A stretch of DNA of 63,900 bases, filler included, from Octopus bimaculoides (Eukaryota), in the NCBI RefSeq assembly GCF_001194135.2. It is 6 parts of 6 records of this genome, joined end to end, with 100 filler letters (N's around TTAATTAATTAA, not from the genome) between each part and the next. Parts side by side here need not be neighbours in the genome. Positions count along the whole stretch, not along the records: positions 18,623 to 37,971 come from NC_068984.1; 5 more parts are not named here. One strand, 5' to 3'. This document shows, piece by piece, positions 23,660-36,948 of the stretch; the stretch's first letter is position 1; each line of letters starts with the position of its first letter. Under the pieces are notes generated by a model, which worked only from the letters and a program-made list of their open reading frames with translations, did no database searches and had not been told where the DNA came from. Both the position numbers and the translations under genes were made by a program.

Positions 23660-24975
23660 TGTGGTCAGTCCAATAAAAAAGTTGAAGAACTCCAAACACC
23701 CAGAATTAGATTTTCTCCTAAAACATTTAAATGAACAAGAAAAACGTATCATCAGATATAAATTAATACATCTAACCGAAATGTCGGATTCAAAACAAGT
23801 GGCATTATAAAGCTAGCCATTGAAGATAATCATCCCACTTCCAATGAAGGGCAGACAGAACGGTCAGCTAATTCTAACAGTAAACAACACACCAACAATT
23901 AGCTGAAATTCATACCTATATTGTACAAACGGGAGAACTCCAGGAACTTGTGAACGCCTGGGATATGTTTTCACAGGCCCATAACCTTAATTTGAATGAC
24001 AAGCCATACAACACCAGTATAAACAAAGAACCCAATAAATTAGTATTAGAGGCAGTAAATAAAACAATAAACAAATATTTGCTGACTACACAGTCCAGAG
24101 GTATGAAAACAACCTATGAAACCATTAATCTTTTGACATATGTCTCATCTATTACATTACTAGAGTACCGTAAAGAGCTGAAGCCACGCAGTCGAGATTC
24201 AAGCAGAAAGCTTGAACCAGTATGAGCACGTAACTTAAAAAATACAATTTTATTCCTACGAAAAAGTATCTCACAAATCGTTGTGAGAACACAGAGAACA
24301 AATTCACACGACATTAGGACCTCAGAAAAAAAATACTACAGAGGCGATTTGGTGATATAGGATTCAAAAACCTAAACTTCAATCTGCACCAGCTGAAACA
24401 ACTCTCAGATACAGCTGAAAAACTAAAAACCGACAAATGCTCAATAAATTATTTGCCGGGAATCCCAAGTCAGTTTATTGCAGCTTCAACGTGAAAGGCT
24501 CAATTTCTGTAAAAGACACCCCACAAAAGATGAGTTTGGGAGTTACTGGAGACCTGTATGGAGAAAAAAAATTGATAAATTCAACAAACAAGCTGCATGT
24601 TTAAAAGAATCGCAGCCGAATTACTGGCACATGTCCAACAAAAGCAATATGAAATAGACGGCAAAATTGCAGAAACACTTCTACAGAAAATATCAAACAA
24701 GAAATCTCCTGAACCATAACAGGTTACTGGCTGAAAAATGTCCCCTGTTATCGACAAGATCTCATACGGTTGTATGAAGAAAGTAACAAGAGCACACAAG
24801 AACTGCCCCAATGGTGATCAACTGCAAGTACGTTCCTTCAATTCCCTAAAATAGTCAACCTACCCTTGCTAAAAATGACCGGCCAATAGCCCGCCAGAAC
24901 GTTATGTGCAAATTATACACTAGGTGTCTCAATCTGTTCTTGCAGGATCATTATAAGATCTAAGCAAGCTGCATG
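23660..24975 (+). mobile_element. Second R4/Dong-like fragment (N-terminal region to start of RT), decayed, runs into a gap
   Basis: Frameshifted NPSQFYCSFNVK-like, PTKDEFGSYWRPVW, KSPEP, ELPQW, AKNDRPIARQNVMCKLYTRCLNLFLQDH (pre-RT and RT domain 1 motifs). Confidence 0.75.
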
Positions 24976-26599
24976 TATATANNNNNNNNNNNNNNNNNNN
25001 NNNNNNNNNNNNNNNNNNNNNNNNNNNNNNNNNNNNNNNNNNNNNNNNNNNNNNNNNNNNNNNNNNNNNNNNNNNNNNNNNNNNNNNNNNNNNNNNNNNN
25101 NNNNNNNNNNNNNNNNNNNNNNNNNNNNNNNNNNNNNNNNNNNNNNNNNNNNNNNNNNNNNNNNNNNNNNNNNNNNNNNNNNNNNNNNNNNNNNNNNNNN
25201 NNNNNNNNNNNNNNNNNNNNNNNNNNNNNNNNNNNNNNNNNNNNNNNNNNNNNNNNNNNNNNNNNNNNNNNNNNNNNNNNNNNNNNNNNNNNNNNNNNNN
25301 NNNNNNNNNNNNNNNNNNNNNNNNNNNNNNNNNNNNNNNNNNNNNNNNNNNNNNNNNNNNNNNNNNNNNNNNNNNNNNNNNNNNNNNNNNNNNNNNNNNN
25401 NNNNNNNNNNNNNNNNNNNNNNNNNNNNNNNNNNNNNNNNNNNNNNNNNNNNNNNNNNNNNNNNNNNNNNNNNNNNNNNNNNNNNNNNNNNNNNNNNNNN
25501 NNNNNNNNNNNNNNNNNNNNNNNNNNNNNNNNNNNNNNNNNNNNNNNNNNNNNNNNNNNNNNNNNNNNNNNNNNNNNNNNNNNNNNNNNNNNNNNNNNNN
25601 NNNNNNNNNNNNNNNNNGAGGACACTCTTCAAGTCTTGTAACTTCGATAAACGTATCCTAATATTTAAAATGCAATAAAATAAAATAGGAAAAAGTAAAA
25701 TTATTTGTACGTTTAAGCAATTATTAGTACAATATATAAAGTGTCGAGGTTTTATAATAATAATCATCTGTCAAGTTAAAGGCGTAGATTAAGAATAGGA
25801 AAACATATAAAAAGATAGTGTTATTAACTATTAAATGAATTCGGACGTTCAACAGTATTAATAAAAAGAACAACATCACTTATCTTATCGAAGATTCTTT
25901 GTTGACTGTAGTATTACCCATGAAGCATAGAATTTATACGATGTTACGATGTGTATCACGTGACAAAATGGCGTTTATTCGTGACCACAAAATTAAACTT
26001 TCCATGTAGAATTAAAATATATATACTGCACTACGAAAAAAGTTTAAAGCAATTTTACATTAGATGTGCTATTCAGAACGTCCCACGGGCCGCATACAGC
26101 TTGCCCACCTATCTAGAGCCTAAACTGACAACCTGATTTGTTTACTGCAAATATTGAAGGAAAAAAGTCTAGAATAGAGAAAACGAAACACATCGTTTTA
26201 AACGCATATATCATCCTTGTAAGGTTTGTTTAGACACAAATAAAGTTCACGTTAATTTATTCTTCTCCCATAACACATATAAAGAAAAAGTCATTTAGCA
26301 AAAACTTAATATATCATCTATGATCAAGGTGTTAATTTAATATATATACTTTCTCTTCTCAGAAAGAAAAGATAAAGATAATTGTAAAAGATTTATTCTG
26401 AAATATCATGGGAGTAAGAACTGTAGTAATTATGACTTCTTTTCATGGCGGTTTTAATATAAAGTAGAGCCGGCCGTCATTCGCGAGCGAGTATAGCTTG
26501 GTAATATATACCATGTTTTTGTCAATTGTTTTAGCAGTCTAAGTAGTCGCGAGCAGACACAGATATCATCTTGGTCTCCTCCAACGTTGAACCAACAAG

Positions 26600-26820
26600 G
26601 TGACAATTGGATAAGTTACCCGGTTTCCTTAGCGTATAAGAAACTGAGATCACAACATTCCCTCAGAACAGAACGCCAGTCCGCCGCAGGGTTATTCATG
26701 TATGGTTGAGTAGGCTGGAGCAACGTGAAATAATACGCTGTACTCAAGAACGCAACGCACCGCCCGATCGAAACCACGATCTTGCGAGCAACATCTTAAC
26801 CATTAGACCACGCGCTTTCA
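26600..26820 (-). mobile_element. tRNA-derived CORE-like SINE family E
   Basis: Minus-strand head GCGTGGTCTAATGGTTAAG..GGTTTCGATC, then GCGTTCTTGAGTACAGCGTATTATTTCACGTTGCTCCAG. The tail differs from family B. Confidence 0.7.
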
Positions 26821-28622
26821 CAAACAGAGAAAGTAGCTAAACATTACAATTAACATGCACATAAGAAATCTATAGAATTATTTTATTATGCATAACATCG
26901 AGTAAATCTGTTATATGATGAAATATGAAATGATTCACGCTAAATCATTGTGACAGACCATAACACCAAACGACTCTCACGTTTCCACTCTGCCACACTT
27001 CAACCCTGATCTCAATCCTCGGTTATACTTAGAGTGACTTCTCCTGCTCCCTTTATCACTGAGATTTCATGTTTTTAATTGGATTAAGAAAAGCTTTCTC
27101 TCCAAACTTAATCATTAGGCTAATTATTTTTGTCATCAGTAAAGGTGTAATTTTAATTGATTAAAAGTTTTGGTTTCTTGTATTAATGCTAGTGTGTTAG
27201 CTCTAACTTTACTGTTTGTATCACACTATAACTGCCTTTTTTCCTGAAGCAGCCATCATGAAAATTAATTAATCTCTGTCTGTCTGAGAGTTAATTCTGA
27301 ATACCAATAAACCAATATACAATATTTATATATTGGAAACAAATCAATAATCTCCACAATTTCCAAATACAGGAAACCAAACTTCCATAAGTTAAACAAT
27401 TTGCAAGCTTTGAAACTTCTAACATACAGGAGTATAATGAAATATGCAAACACAGACATCTTACGACGACTCAATATGATTTCCATGAATTGGCAGCCTT
27501 GTAAAATATAACTGATATTCTGATTTAACGTTATGAACGTTCGCTATCCACACATGAGCATATATTTTGTTCATTCTGTTATTCTTGTATATGTGTCAGT
27601 CATCGGAGTATGGCCATGCTAGGATACCGGTATAAATAAAAACATGACGTTACGAGCAATTTAGACTCTGCATCGAGTGCTGATTGAGCCAGAGATCATT
27701 CAATAATATACGTCCAAGTTCTTATCCATTATGTTATAAAGCAGTGAGACAAAAAAAAATAATGCAAGACAGCATGCAAATCTCTCTTAAATTATACCCT
27801 ATCGTCCTTAAAAGGAAAGACATTAGAAAATGTAGTTCTAGTTCCCTTATCCCACTATATTATATGAGGACATAAGAATTGGCTTTCTTTTGAGAGTAAA
27901 TATGTTGCCTGAGCACATATCGTTCTTGGCCAGTCAGAAAAAAATCTTCCACTCATCTTTTCTATCTCTCTTTCTCTTTCACTGCCATTCGCTTGTTTCG
28001 ATCGCATGCTGAGACAAGCGTCAACAGATTCTGTACTCGCACAGGTTTCAACAATCAAGAGATAAACAAATAGATCCTACAGTCGCTGAGAGATTATTCA
28101 ACCACGGGGAGAATGCTAACAGCCCAGAATCAGTGAACCGAGATATTCTTCGATTCGATATGAATACAAACTTCCACTGTTTTTTCTAGCATACTCGTTG
28201 CGTTTACCAACTTTCAATACTCGCTAGAGATTCTTGATATGTTCCTCTATTGTATAACTATGTAATTTAGCTGCTAATTTAAGTGGCTTTGTTGTTTATA
28301 CTCTGTATGATTATTATCTTGTATTCAACATGATTTATTGTGCCTTTTTTTCATGTGCATACAACTTTACATACAACGGATCTTTTCGGTTTGGTGCACC
28401 GTGTCCGATTTTATTGGGAATTTCTTCACAGATGTAATTTTCATGCCAATTACGAAAATTTCAACCATATTTTTGGAGAAAATATTAAAATGCTGCAAAT
28501 CTTTACAGATCGAATTTGTTTTGTCATTTTAACCAATCAGAACGATTCATTCTCGATCTTATGGAAATCAATAACTTGTTATTTGTGTATGTTCCCATAG
28601 AAACTAAAGGCTACCATCATAT

Positions 28623-28695
28623 GGTTAGGGTTAGGATTTAAGGTTAGGGAATAGGGTTTAGGGTTATGGCTAGGATGTAGAGTTTAGGTTTAAGC
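28623..28695 (+). repeat. Degenerate TTAGGG-like array
   Basis: Three exact TTAGGG plus variants TTAGGA, ATAGGG and TTAGGT. Confidence 0.75.
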
Positions 28696-29069
28696 TTCGG
28701 TTTAATTCGGGTGGGGGTGGAAGGGTACCATTTTCTTCCATTAAATATTTTCATCTTTAAAGATTTTGTAACGTTTTTATTAGTCATTGTCGAATTTCGA
28801 AAAAGAGGAAAAAAACAAACAAAAAAAAATCATGGCACATTCCATAGCAAAGCGATGGCATGTCGAGAATGGATGGATCTCGCTGTCAGCTTGCTTTATT
28901 ATTATTTTCTCCAAAAATAGTTATGAATTTTCAGAATTGACATGAAAAACTATTTGTGTGGAAATTTTCAATGAAACTGGAAATATACACCAAACAGAAA
29001 AAATCCCCTATACCTCTGTTCCAATTGTTTGATTTCGGTATTAAATTATTGCTTCGGATAGAACGTCCT

Positions 29070-30475
29070 TCTCCGCTATTGACATCAACAGAATTGATCA
29101 ATTTTCTTTCTCTTTGCAATAGGTAACAGTAAACGGTGAAACAGTGGAATGGTTTGTATAATACTATAAATTACCAGGAGCATAGGCCGGACATTTTTCA
29201 ACATTCTTTCAACAATCAAAAATGTAGGACTTACAATAACCATATGCAACGGTCAGTCTTATGATGGAGCAAGCACCATGTCAGGTAAAATATTTGACCT
29301 CCAAAGATTAGGGAAGTTGCTTCAACTTAAAATTATTCTAATTGCCACAACTAAACGTCAATATTCAAACCAAACTGCTTTTTGTAACTCTATAAAGCGT
29401 CTATACTTTTTCCTTGGCAGTTTACTTCGTCTTTCAGAACTAAAAGGACAACACCATCAAATGGTTAGCACTAATTCTAAAGATATCTTGTGATGCCAAT
29501 TGCACACCAAGAAACTTACAAGGATGGAGTCTTGCGGAATGTATTAGCGCTAACAGAAAACTGTTCGCATACAAAACTCACACTGAAGCAAATGATATAG
29601 TAGAAACAATTATGTGCTTGTGAATTTTTAGTTGTTCTTATATCTAGGAGTATAGCGCTAAACAAAGTTTTCGTTTTGTTTATGTACTTACAGTAGAGTA
29701 GTCTAGATATGGTAATGGCTTCTCATTTTTGAGAAAGATATGAAAAATATACAAAATGAGTATAAATCTCAATTCAAACAAGTTGAAAACGAAACAGCTA
29801 AAGTTGGTTTATAAAATGTGTACAGAATACTGGCAACTCTGGGAATGGAAAAGAAAAAGATTCCAAGCTGAAACTGCAAAGAATGAAGGAGTATTTGAAG
29901 TTCAAAAGAAATTCATTATTGAATCCTACTTAATGTTCTTGAATTCTACTATAAATATCAAACATTTGATTTGAACATTTTCAAAAACGTCTAAATTTAG
30001 TACTCAAAAGCCAAAGCGTTTTAACGACACAAATAATGTGAACAAATGAGAATCTATAGTATTCAGATCTCATCCACAATCAAATAGAAATCGTGCATGA
30101 GATCTATTCATTCAAAGATATATACAAAGAATACAAAGAAATAGTGAACACTAGCAATAAGAAAATTTTAGTGTCGAGAAACTGTCAACTGTATACTTAA
30201 ATTAATGACCACTAATGACGTGTGTTCCATTTATCAAAACCCTTCCCATTGTACCACATTATATTCTGACCTTGAAAATTACAAGCGCACTTGCGGAACA
30301 ATCCACCAGTCGGCTAAAATACATAAAGCCCTACCTTCATTGTGCAATGGGTGGGGATAAATTGTCTGGGTTAGTTGTGCTCTTATTTGAAAAAGACTTG
30401 GTAACTGAAGTGGATAATAATGAAGTAACAGATAACTTTGCTAAAGTGAAGCTAAGACAAAAGAAACTGTTGTAG
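29070..30475 (+). pseudogene. hAT-superfamily transposase remnant (ZMYM1/Tip100-like)
   Basis: FSAIDINRIDQFSFSLQ*VTVNGETVEWF; CNGQSYDGASTMSG (29251-29286); C-terminal dimerisation domain ILTLKITSALAEQSTSRLKYIKPYL..MGGDKLSGL..LFEKDL..DNFAK (30215-30475). TIRs not identified. Confidence 0.85.
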
Positions 30476-31024
30476 TTTTATAATACAGTTTTCACATTGG
30501 TAATTTTTTTCCATTTTATATTAAAACTTAAAATAACTTGTCAGTGAACAGGTCGCGGTCTCAAAGCGACGAAAATATTTTGACAAATTAAATTTAAATG
30601 TTGAAGTGAATCTAACGGATTTTGTGTGTTATTTTAAATGGCTTATAAACACCTTCCACGCTGCAATTGTTTTCGTTCCAGCACACGATCTCAGATCAGG
30701 TCACTTGCTATGCAAGTGCATCTCCGTGTTTTTTTTTATTATGCCTTAAAATTTATGAGCTTACAGCAAAACTTGGATTTTCAGTTTAACTACAAAATAA
30801 CGATTACGTACGTCCATAAAAGCGGTAGCTTTCTTGTGCTTTGATTTTAGTGGTTGTAAAAGCAAAATAAAAATGTATCATGGCAGCCTTTTACGTGATC
30901 GCTTCCCCTAACTTTAGAATCTAGTTACATCACTGAACGGAATGACTTTTGATCATACACCTGTATAATCAGGAGTGCTTTAGAGATAAATAACGAAGAC
31001 GACGACGACAACAGTCTTTCAAAG

Positions 31025-31380
31025 ATTGATATGTAGTTAAGGAATTCGCTTCGCAACTATGTGGTTTCACTTTCAATATCACTATGTCACACCTTGACAA
31101 ATGTCTTCTCTAGTCTCGAGTCGATCAATGCCTTGTGAGTAAAATTTGGTCGACGGAAACTGTTCGGAAGCCCGTCATGTGTGTGCGTGCGCGCGCGCGC
31201 GCGCGAACACGTATCCGCGTTTACATTTGTTTATGTTCCATAACTTCGCGTTTGATAAATAGAGATTAATAAAATAAGTGTAAAAATTTAAATGTAAATA
31301 CTGGAGCTGATGCGAATAATTAAACCTTTGAGGGTGGTACCCAAGCATGAGCGCAGTCTTTTAAATGAAATCAGTAAAAC
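31025..31380 (+). mobile_element. SINE family A, old diverged copy with internal (GC)n
   Basis: caccttgacaaatgtcttc..gccttgtgagt..gacggaaactg..gaagcccgtc, then TG/CG repeats, then a degenerate tail. Confidence 0.7.
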
Positions 31381-33037
31381 ATTAAAAGGATATGAAATGG
31401 GTCCTGAATATTACCAGACAATCTATTTGTTGAAATGTAGTGAAGACAGAAACATGTGATAAAGTTAATAAACCCATTCACTCTATAACTAATAAATTAT
31501 GACATTAATACAATTATTTAATTCGAATATATTTGTAACAGAAACTGTATAGATTCCTGTAATCCGATTGTTTAGTCTACATTTGTGTAGCTAAGGTACT
31601 TATACCACCTAATAACAAAACAGCTTAACATGCGTCAAGGTTATGAACATATGAATGGAGCTCGAACAGTCAATGTTGCTGTTGCTTAGACCCAAGTCTG
31701 CCCTGGTTGAGCAGATCTATGGTTAATGTCCTGACCGTCCCATTTATTTCTAAGGCCTTGAGCATTTAGGATTACATTATCCTGTACGTCCGTCTTCATT
31801 TAAAATGATGTAGTATGATTTGTGGGAGATTTGGTTACTATTTCTAGTAAATTGAGTGAATATATAGTGATTCCTTCAATGGCTCGTGTTGATGTTTGAT
31901 TTCGAATCAACTATTGTATCTAAATGGGAACGAAGCTGTAGCTTAGCTCTAAGCCCTGATCGAGCAAACTTATGGCCAAAGATACTCCAGTCTTGACGAC
32001 CCCATCTTGACAAAAAAAAAAACAAAAAAATTACTATAAGGGTGTGTTATTTGAAAAAGAAAACAGGTCGAACGACCGGATTGATGGTTTCTCTTTGAAT
32101 ATGCGGGGCAAAAAGAAACATTGTTAAAATAAGGAAGGAATGGAAAATCGACTGTTGATTTCTTGATTTCACCGAAGTTTTGTAACCTAAATAAGTCTAT
32201 TTTCGTAACTTAAAATTTATAGAAATGAACATAGGCATGGTTCATGAGATGCTCTAACTACCCTTCAACCTCACATGTGACTGTTGTGAATGCACACTAT
32301 TTATAATAGGTATGTGTTTATTTTATCAACTGTATAAGGCTTTATCTATCGTTGTAGCATAACATGAAAAAAAAAACATAGGAGATAGAAAGAGAGAGAG
32401 AGGTGTGTGTGTGTGTGTGTGCGTGCATGGATTTCAGTAAAACGAAGTGGTCGAAGAAAGCTATTAAAAAAATTAGAAATTTATAAACACACACACTCAC
32501 ACACACACGCACACACACACACACACACACATAAACACACACACACGCATGAATTTCTCATTACTTTTTGGCATGTTCAGTAAAATTCAACCAGAAGAAA
32601 TAGCTCTTAAGCCTATGTTTATATAGATGAATAAGTTGTATATGTATGCACCTTCTTTTTTATTTACAGATTCTTAATTTACTTGCCCTCTCACCCCTCC
32701 TCTCTCACCAGCTTATTTATAGAAACTCTGGGATGGCTGGTTGGGTGGAAATGGACTTCAACTTCTTGATACTTTAGCGTATATGAAACTTGAGGAAGTT
32801 TGTAAGTTCTGTTATCCTTTCGTTAATCAAAATTCCTGAGTTTAATTCTTGGCATTTTTTACTTTCACGCCGATGTAACTTATTTGTTTGTCTTGTGGAT
32901 CAGATCCAGATTTCTATCTATTCTACATATGAATTTTTAAACATTAACGGAAATATGATTTACTTTTCTCTAACGTAGTTAAAGATCAGAACTGTGTAAC
33001 ACGAAATGAGATACCCTTACCTATTTTGATCATTAAT

Positions 33038-33073
<36 letters not shown>

Positions 33074-34727
33074 GTGCTTTTAGTGAAGGCGTTAATAAAG
33101 GGAAATAGAATGGTATGATGGAGTAAGGTGTAGTAAGATTAGATTAGAATGCAGCAACGAAGTACTGGGTAAGTTATTCTCTGTTAGCCCCTACACAATC
33201 TGCTGCATGTAGGATGCTGAGAGTAAAGAACATACTTTGACTTGCAGGCAGAAATTTTATGTTGCCTTTTTTCTTCTAACAGAATCAGCTGACATAGGGG
33301 ATAGAGGAGAATTAGGGTGTGGTAACAAACGGCCAGGAAGCCAAATTCAGTAAAACAAGAAGACAAAAAAGGGGTAACATTCTGTCTATTAATAACCAAT
33401 TCCTTTATTTGATACAAGTATTATGATTTGAGAAAATCATCTTTGTAGTGTATCGAAGAGAACAGAGGGTTGGTTGGTTGTTTGATAAAAGCTGTTTAAA
33501 CGCAAAAACGGTGATAACACTAGAACAGCTTCATCAGCCTCATTACATCATAATAATATTCAGTAATTGTTAAATAAAATGTTGATAATTTGTTGAGAGT
33601 TGAAATCAGAGATTAAAACTATATGTGAAAATACTCAGAAAACAAATAACATACACAGACATGGATATTTTAGTAAACATGTCAGCATGTTTAAAATACA
33701 ATATAAAAACTTTACATTCGAAAACATTTTTGAATATGCGATATGAATGACATATATATGTATATATATTATACATATATGCATATATATATAAATACAC
33801 ACACACACACACACACACACACATAAACACACACACGTATAAACATACATACATGTATATATACATACAAAGACAGAGAGCAATACCAACATAATGGATT
33901 TCTGTCAGTTTCGACGGTGAGCATTTCAGTTATTCCATCAGCTGAACAACCTACTCATTGACATATAGCTATTGAGCATTGAATAGAAATGTGACCCTTA
34001 ACATGATGCTCGGAAAAAATCAATGTGACAATGTGAGACAATGTTTACACTTGGTACTACAGGTACAGTCAGTCCAAGCACTCCGACGTCTTAGACACAC
34101 ACACACACACACACAGTTTCGATCTATCCAGCTTTCGTTACAAAGCTTGGAACGACCCGAAACTACAGTACGAACCCGATGTGAAATTCTTAACCATATA
34201 GCTATGCCTATTTGGTGCACCTCCGACTTAATTTTCCTTATAAATCTCAGAAAAATGCGTTAATTTAAATGAAATTTTGCATAGGTTATGTTTTCGAAGG
34301 TGTAGATGACAATGGCTGATAGAACTTAGAAAACATTTTTGGAGGAGTGTCGGATCATTAATCTCGTCCTTTGTCTCAGCAAAGTTCATAACGTTTTTTT
34401 ACTAGTTTCAACTCAACAGCTGCGGCCATGCTGGGGCACCAACATGAACATTTTTTTTCACAGTTTATTTCTTTTTTTTTTTCAGGTTTATATTTTTGAG
34501 ATGTCAGTATTACGTAATCTATATTCTCGAAAATGTACTTCTGCAAAATTTCTTTTAAAAATATGCATTTTTCAGAAAGTTATGAGGAAACAAAGTCAGA
34601 GGCGTAGGAGCACTAAACTGTAGATATGCATACATACAATATACATGCAATACACATACATACATACATATATATATGTGTGAGTGTGTGTATTTGTATG
34701 TATGTATGTAAGTTTGTATGTATTTCT

Positions 34728-34960
34728 CTGGACCAGGGAGTGCACGTTGTGTTCTTGTACAAAACGTTTAATTTCACGTTGCCCCAGTTCACTCAGCTGT
34801 AGATGGGAAACCCTGTGACGGAATAGTCTTCCGATCAGGGGGAATGTTGGCCCGCTCGCCTGGCCAGGGAGTGGGATGGCGCCATTCGAAAGGTAAAACA
34901 ATGCGAAGAGCATTGTGACCAGCGATAATAACATCCGACAGTCTAGTTGATACCGTGATA
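34728..34960 (+). mobile_element. CORE-like SINE family F, 5'-truncated
   Basis: GACCAGGGAGTGCACGTTGTGTTCTTGTACAAAACGTTTAATTTCACGTTGCCCCAGTTCACTCAGCTG, then tail GCTCGCCTGGCCAG..GGCGCCATTCGAAAGGTAAAACAATGCGAAG, shared with 40846-41035. Confidence 0.7.
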
Positions 34961-35035
34961 TACACACACACACACACACACACAATAGAGAGAGGGGGGA
35001 GTGAGTGGGAGAGAGAGAGAGAGAGAGAACTAATG

Positions 35036-35250
35036 TTCTTCTCTATTCTAGGCACAAAGCCCGAAATTTTTGGGGAGGGTGCCAGTCGATTAGATCGACC
35101 TCAGTACGTAACTGGTACTTAATTTATCGACCCCTAAAGGATGAAAGGCAAAGTCGACCTCGGTGGAATTTGAACTCAGAACATAAAGACAAACCGAATA
35201 CAGCTAAGCATTTCGCCCGGCGTGTTAACGCTTCTGCCAGCTCGCCGCCT
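35036..35250 (-). mobile_element. SINE family C, full length
   Basis: Minus-strand head AAGGCGGCGAGCTGGCAGAAGCGTTAAC..GTTCTGAGTTCAAATTCC (B-box-like). Several partial copies occur in the window. Confidence 0.85.
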
Positions 35251-35784
35251 TAGAGAAAGAACTAATGTTAATGAATCACCAAGCAGCCACAAAGAAGTTC
35301 AAAAGAGAAAATTAGTGTGGAAGGTTTAAAGCATGTTGCCATGAATCACACTTCGCTTAGCAGTCATGACGCTCCGGATTCGATTCCAGTGAGCGGCATC
35401 AGTGCCATCTTTAGGCAAGGGCTCACAGAGTAGTTAGTTACCTGTGGGCTTCCCAGGTCTAGGAACCCAATTCTTATCTATGTATGCTATGACCTTTAGT
35501 CAATAAATAAATATTAGAGGGGCCCAATGCACTGAATTGCTCGGGGATTTATAATATTACTAAGATGGTCCCATAGGGCATGTTAGGTAAATGTCATTTA
35601 ACATACATTTGGGTCTAGCCAAACTTACTGAGTAAAACTGGGCAAAAAGTGTATGTGAGCACGTCAGTTGTACCTGTTATTCAAGCGTCCAGCTTTTTCA
35701 TATATATATNNNNNNNNNNNNNNNNNNNNNNNNNNNNNNNNNNNNNNNNNNNNNNNNNNNNNNNNTATTTTTTTTTTAAATTTT

Positions 35785-35832
35785 TTTTTTTACTTGTTTC
35801 AGTCTTTTGACTGTGGCCATGCTGGAGCACCA
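35785..35832 (-). mobile_element. SINE family A, extreme 3' fragment
   Basis: tacttgtttcagtcttttgactgtggccatgctggagcacc. Confidence 0.7.
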
Positions 35833-36030
35833 ATACAAATGATATATAAGCATATGCATGTATACATACATATATGTACATACCTACATCAACATGTATA
35901 TATAGATGCATATCTGTGTACAGGACGTCAGATATATATATTTACATATACATATACATATACACACACACATATACTTTAATAAAAGTACATATACACA
36001 CACACACACACACACATACACACGCATATA

Positions 36031-36170
36031 CTTTTATTAAAGCTGCAAAATATCACAAGACTTACTCAGAATTTCGTGATCCCGTTCGTCGGACAGTTGT
36101 GATGTCCGACGAACGGGAAAGTGAAACTCTGAGTAACAGTTCGGTGATAATTTAGCAGCTTTAATAAAAG
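36031..36170. repeat. Palindrome (about 65-bp arms, 7-nt loop) carrying variant hammerhead-like motifs on both strands
   Basis: CTTTTATTAAAGCTGC..TTACTCAGAATTTCGTGATCCCGTTCGTCGGACA / TGTCCGACGAACGGGAAAGTGAAACTCTGAGTAA..GCAGCTTTAATAAAAG. Plus-strand motif TGT-CCGACGA-ACGGGAAAGT-GAA-ACTCTGAGT-A^ACA at 36103-36138. Confidence 0.85.
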
Positions 36171-36252
36171 CATAATACTCTACCTTTTTTGGTATTCGAG
36201 TACTATATTTTCCACCTTGTTTTGCACTTATCAGTTCACCTGTATGTGTGTG

Positions 36253-36339
<87 letters not shown>

Positions 36340-36829
36340 GGGAGATAGACAGAGACAGAGAGTAAAATGCTAATTCATTGGAGGAATTATGCTAGAATTT
36401 CACATGTATATGGAATATTCGGCCACCTATACGTTAATTTAACGAGAAGGTGAGCTGCTTTAAACATCTGAGTTAGTCGTTGAAATCGACAGAGGAACCA
36501 TGATAAAAAGATAGATATACACAGACAAGTGCATACCTAATATAAATAGTTAGGGATATGAATGTATAAAATTTGTGTGTGTGTGTGTGCGCACGCGCGT
36601 GTTCTTGATGACAATAATAAAATTAATGTTTTACGAACTAGAATATCTGAAGTTTACCACCCGACTCGCTCCGAATTTATTGAACTAAGGCACTTATGGA
36701 GTACCTGTTCACATCTGGAACAAAGAAAAGGTCAGCTAAGAAGATACGGCCCATGAACCGGTAGGTTAGGTGACACACACAAGAGCGCGCGCACAAACAC
36801 ACACATAAACACCCACACATAAAAATTAG

Positions 36830-36948
<119 letters not shown>

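Noticed and set aside
33480-33545. Minus-strand CTGATGA followed by a GCTGTT/AACAGC stem
   Set aside because: No GAAA after the stem and no stem III.
33895-33955. Minus-strand CTGATGG..CGAAACTGACAG
   Set aside because: Core mutated and stems unconvincing.
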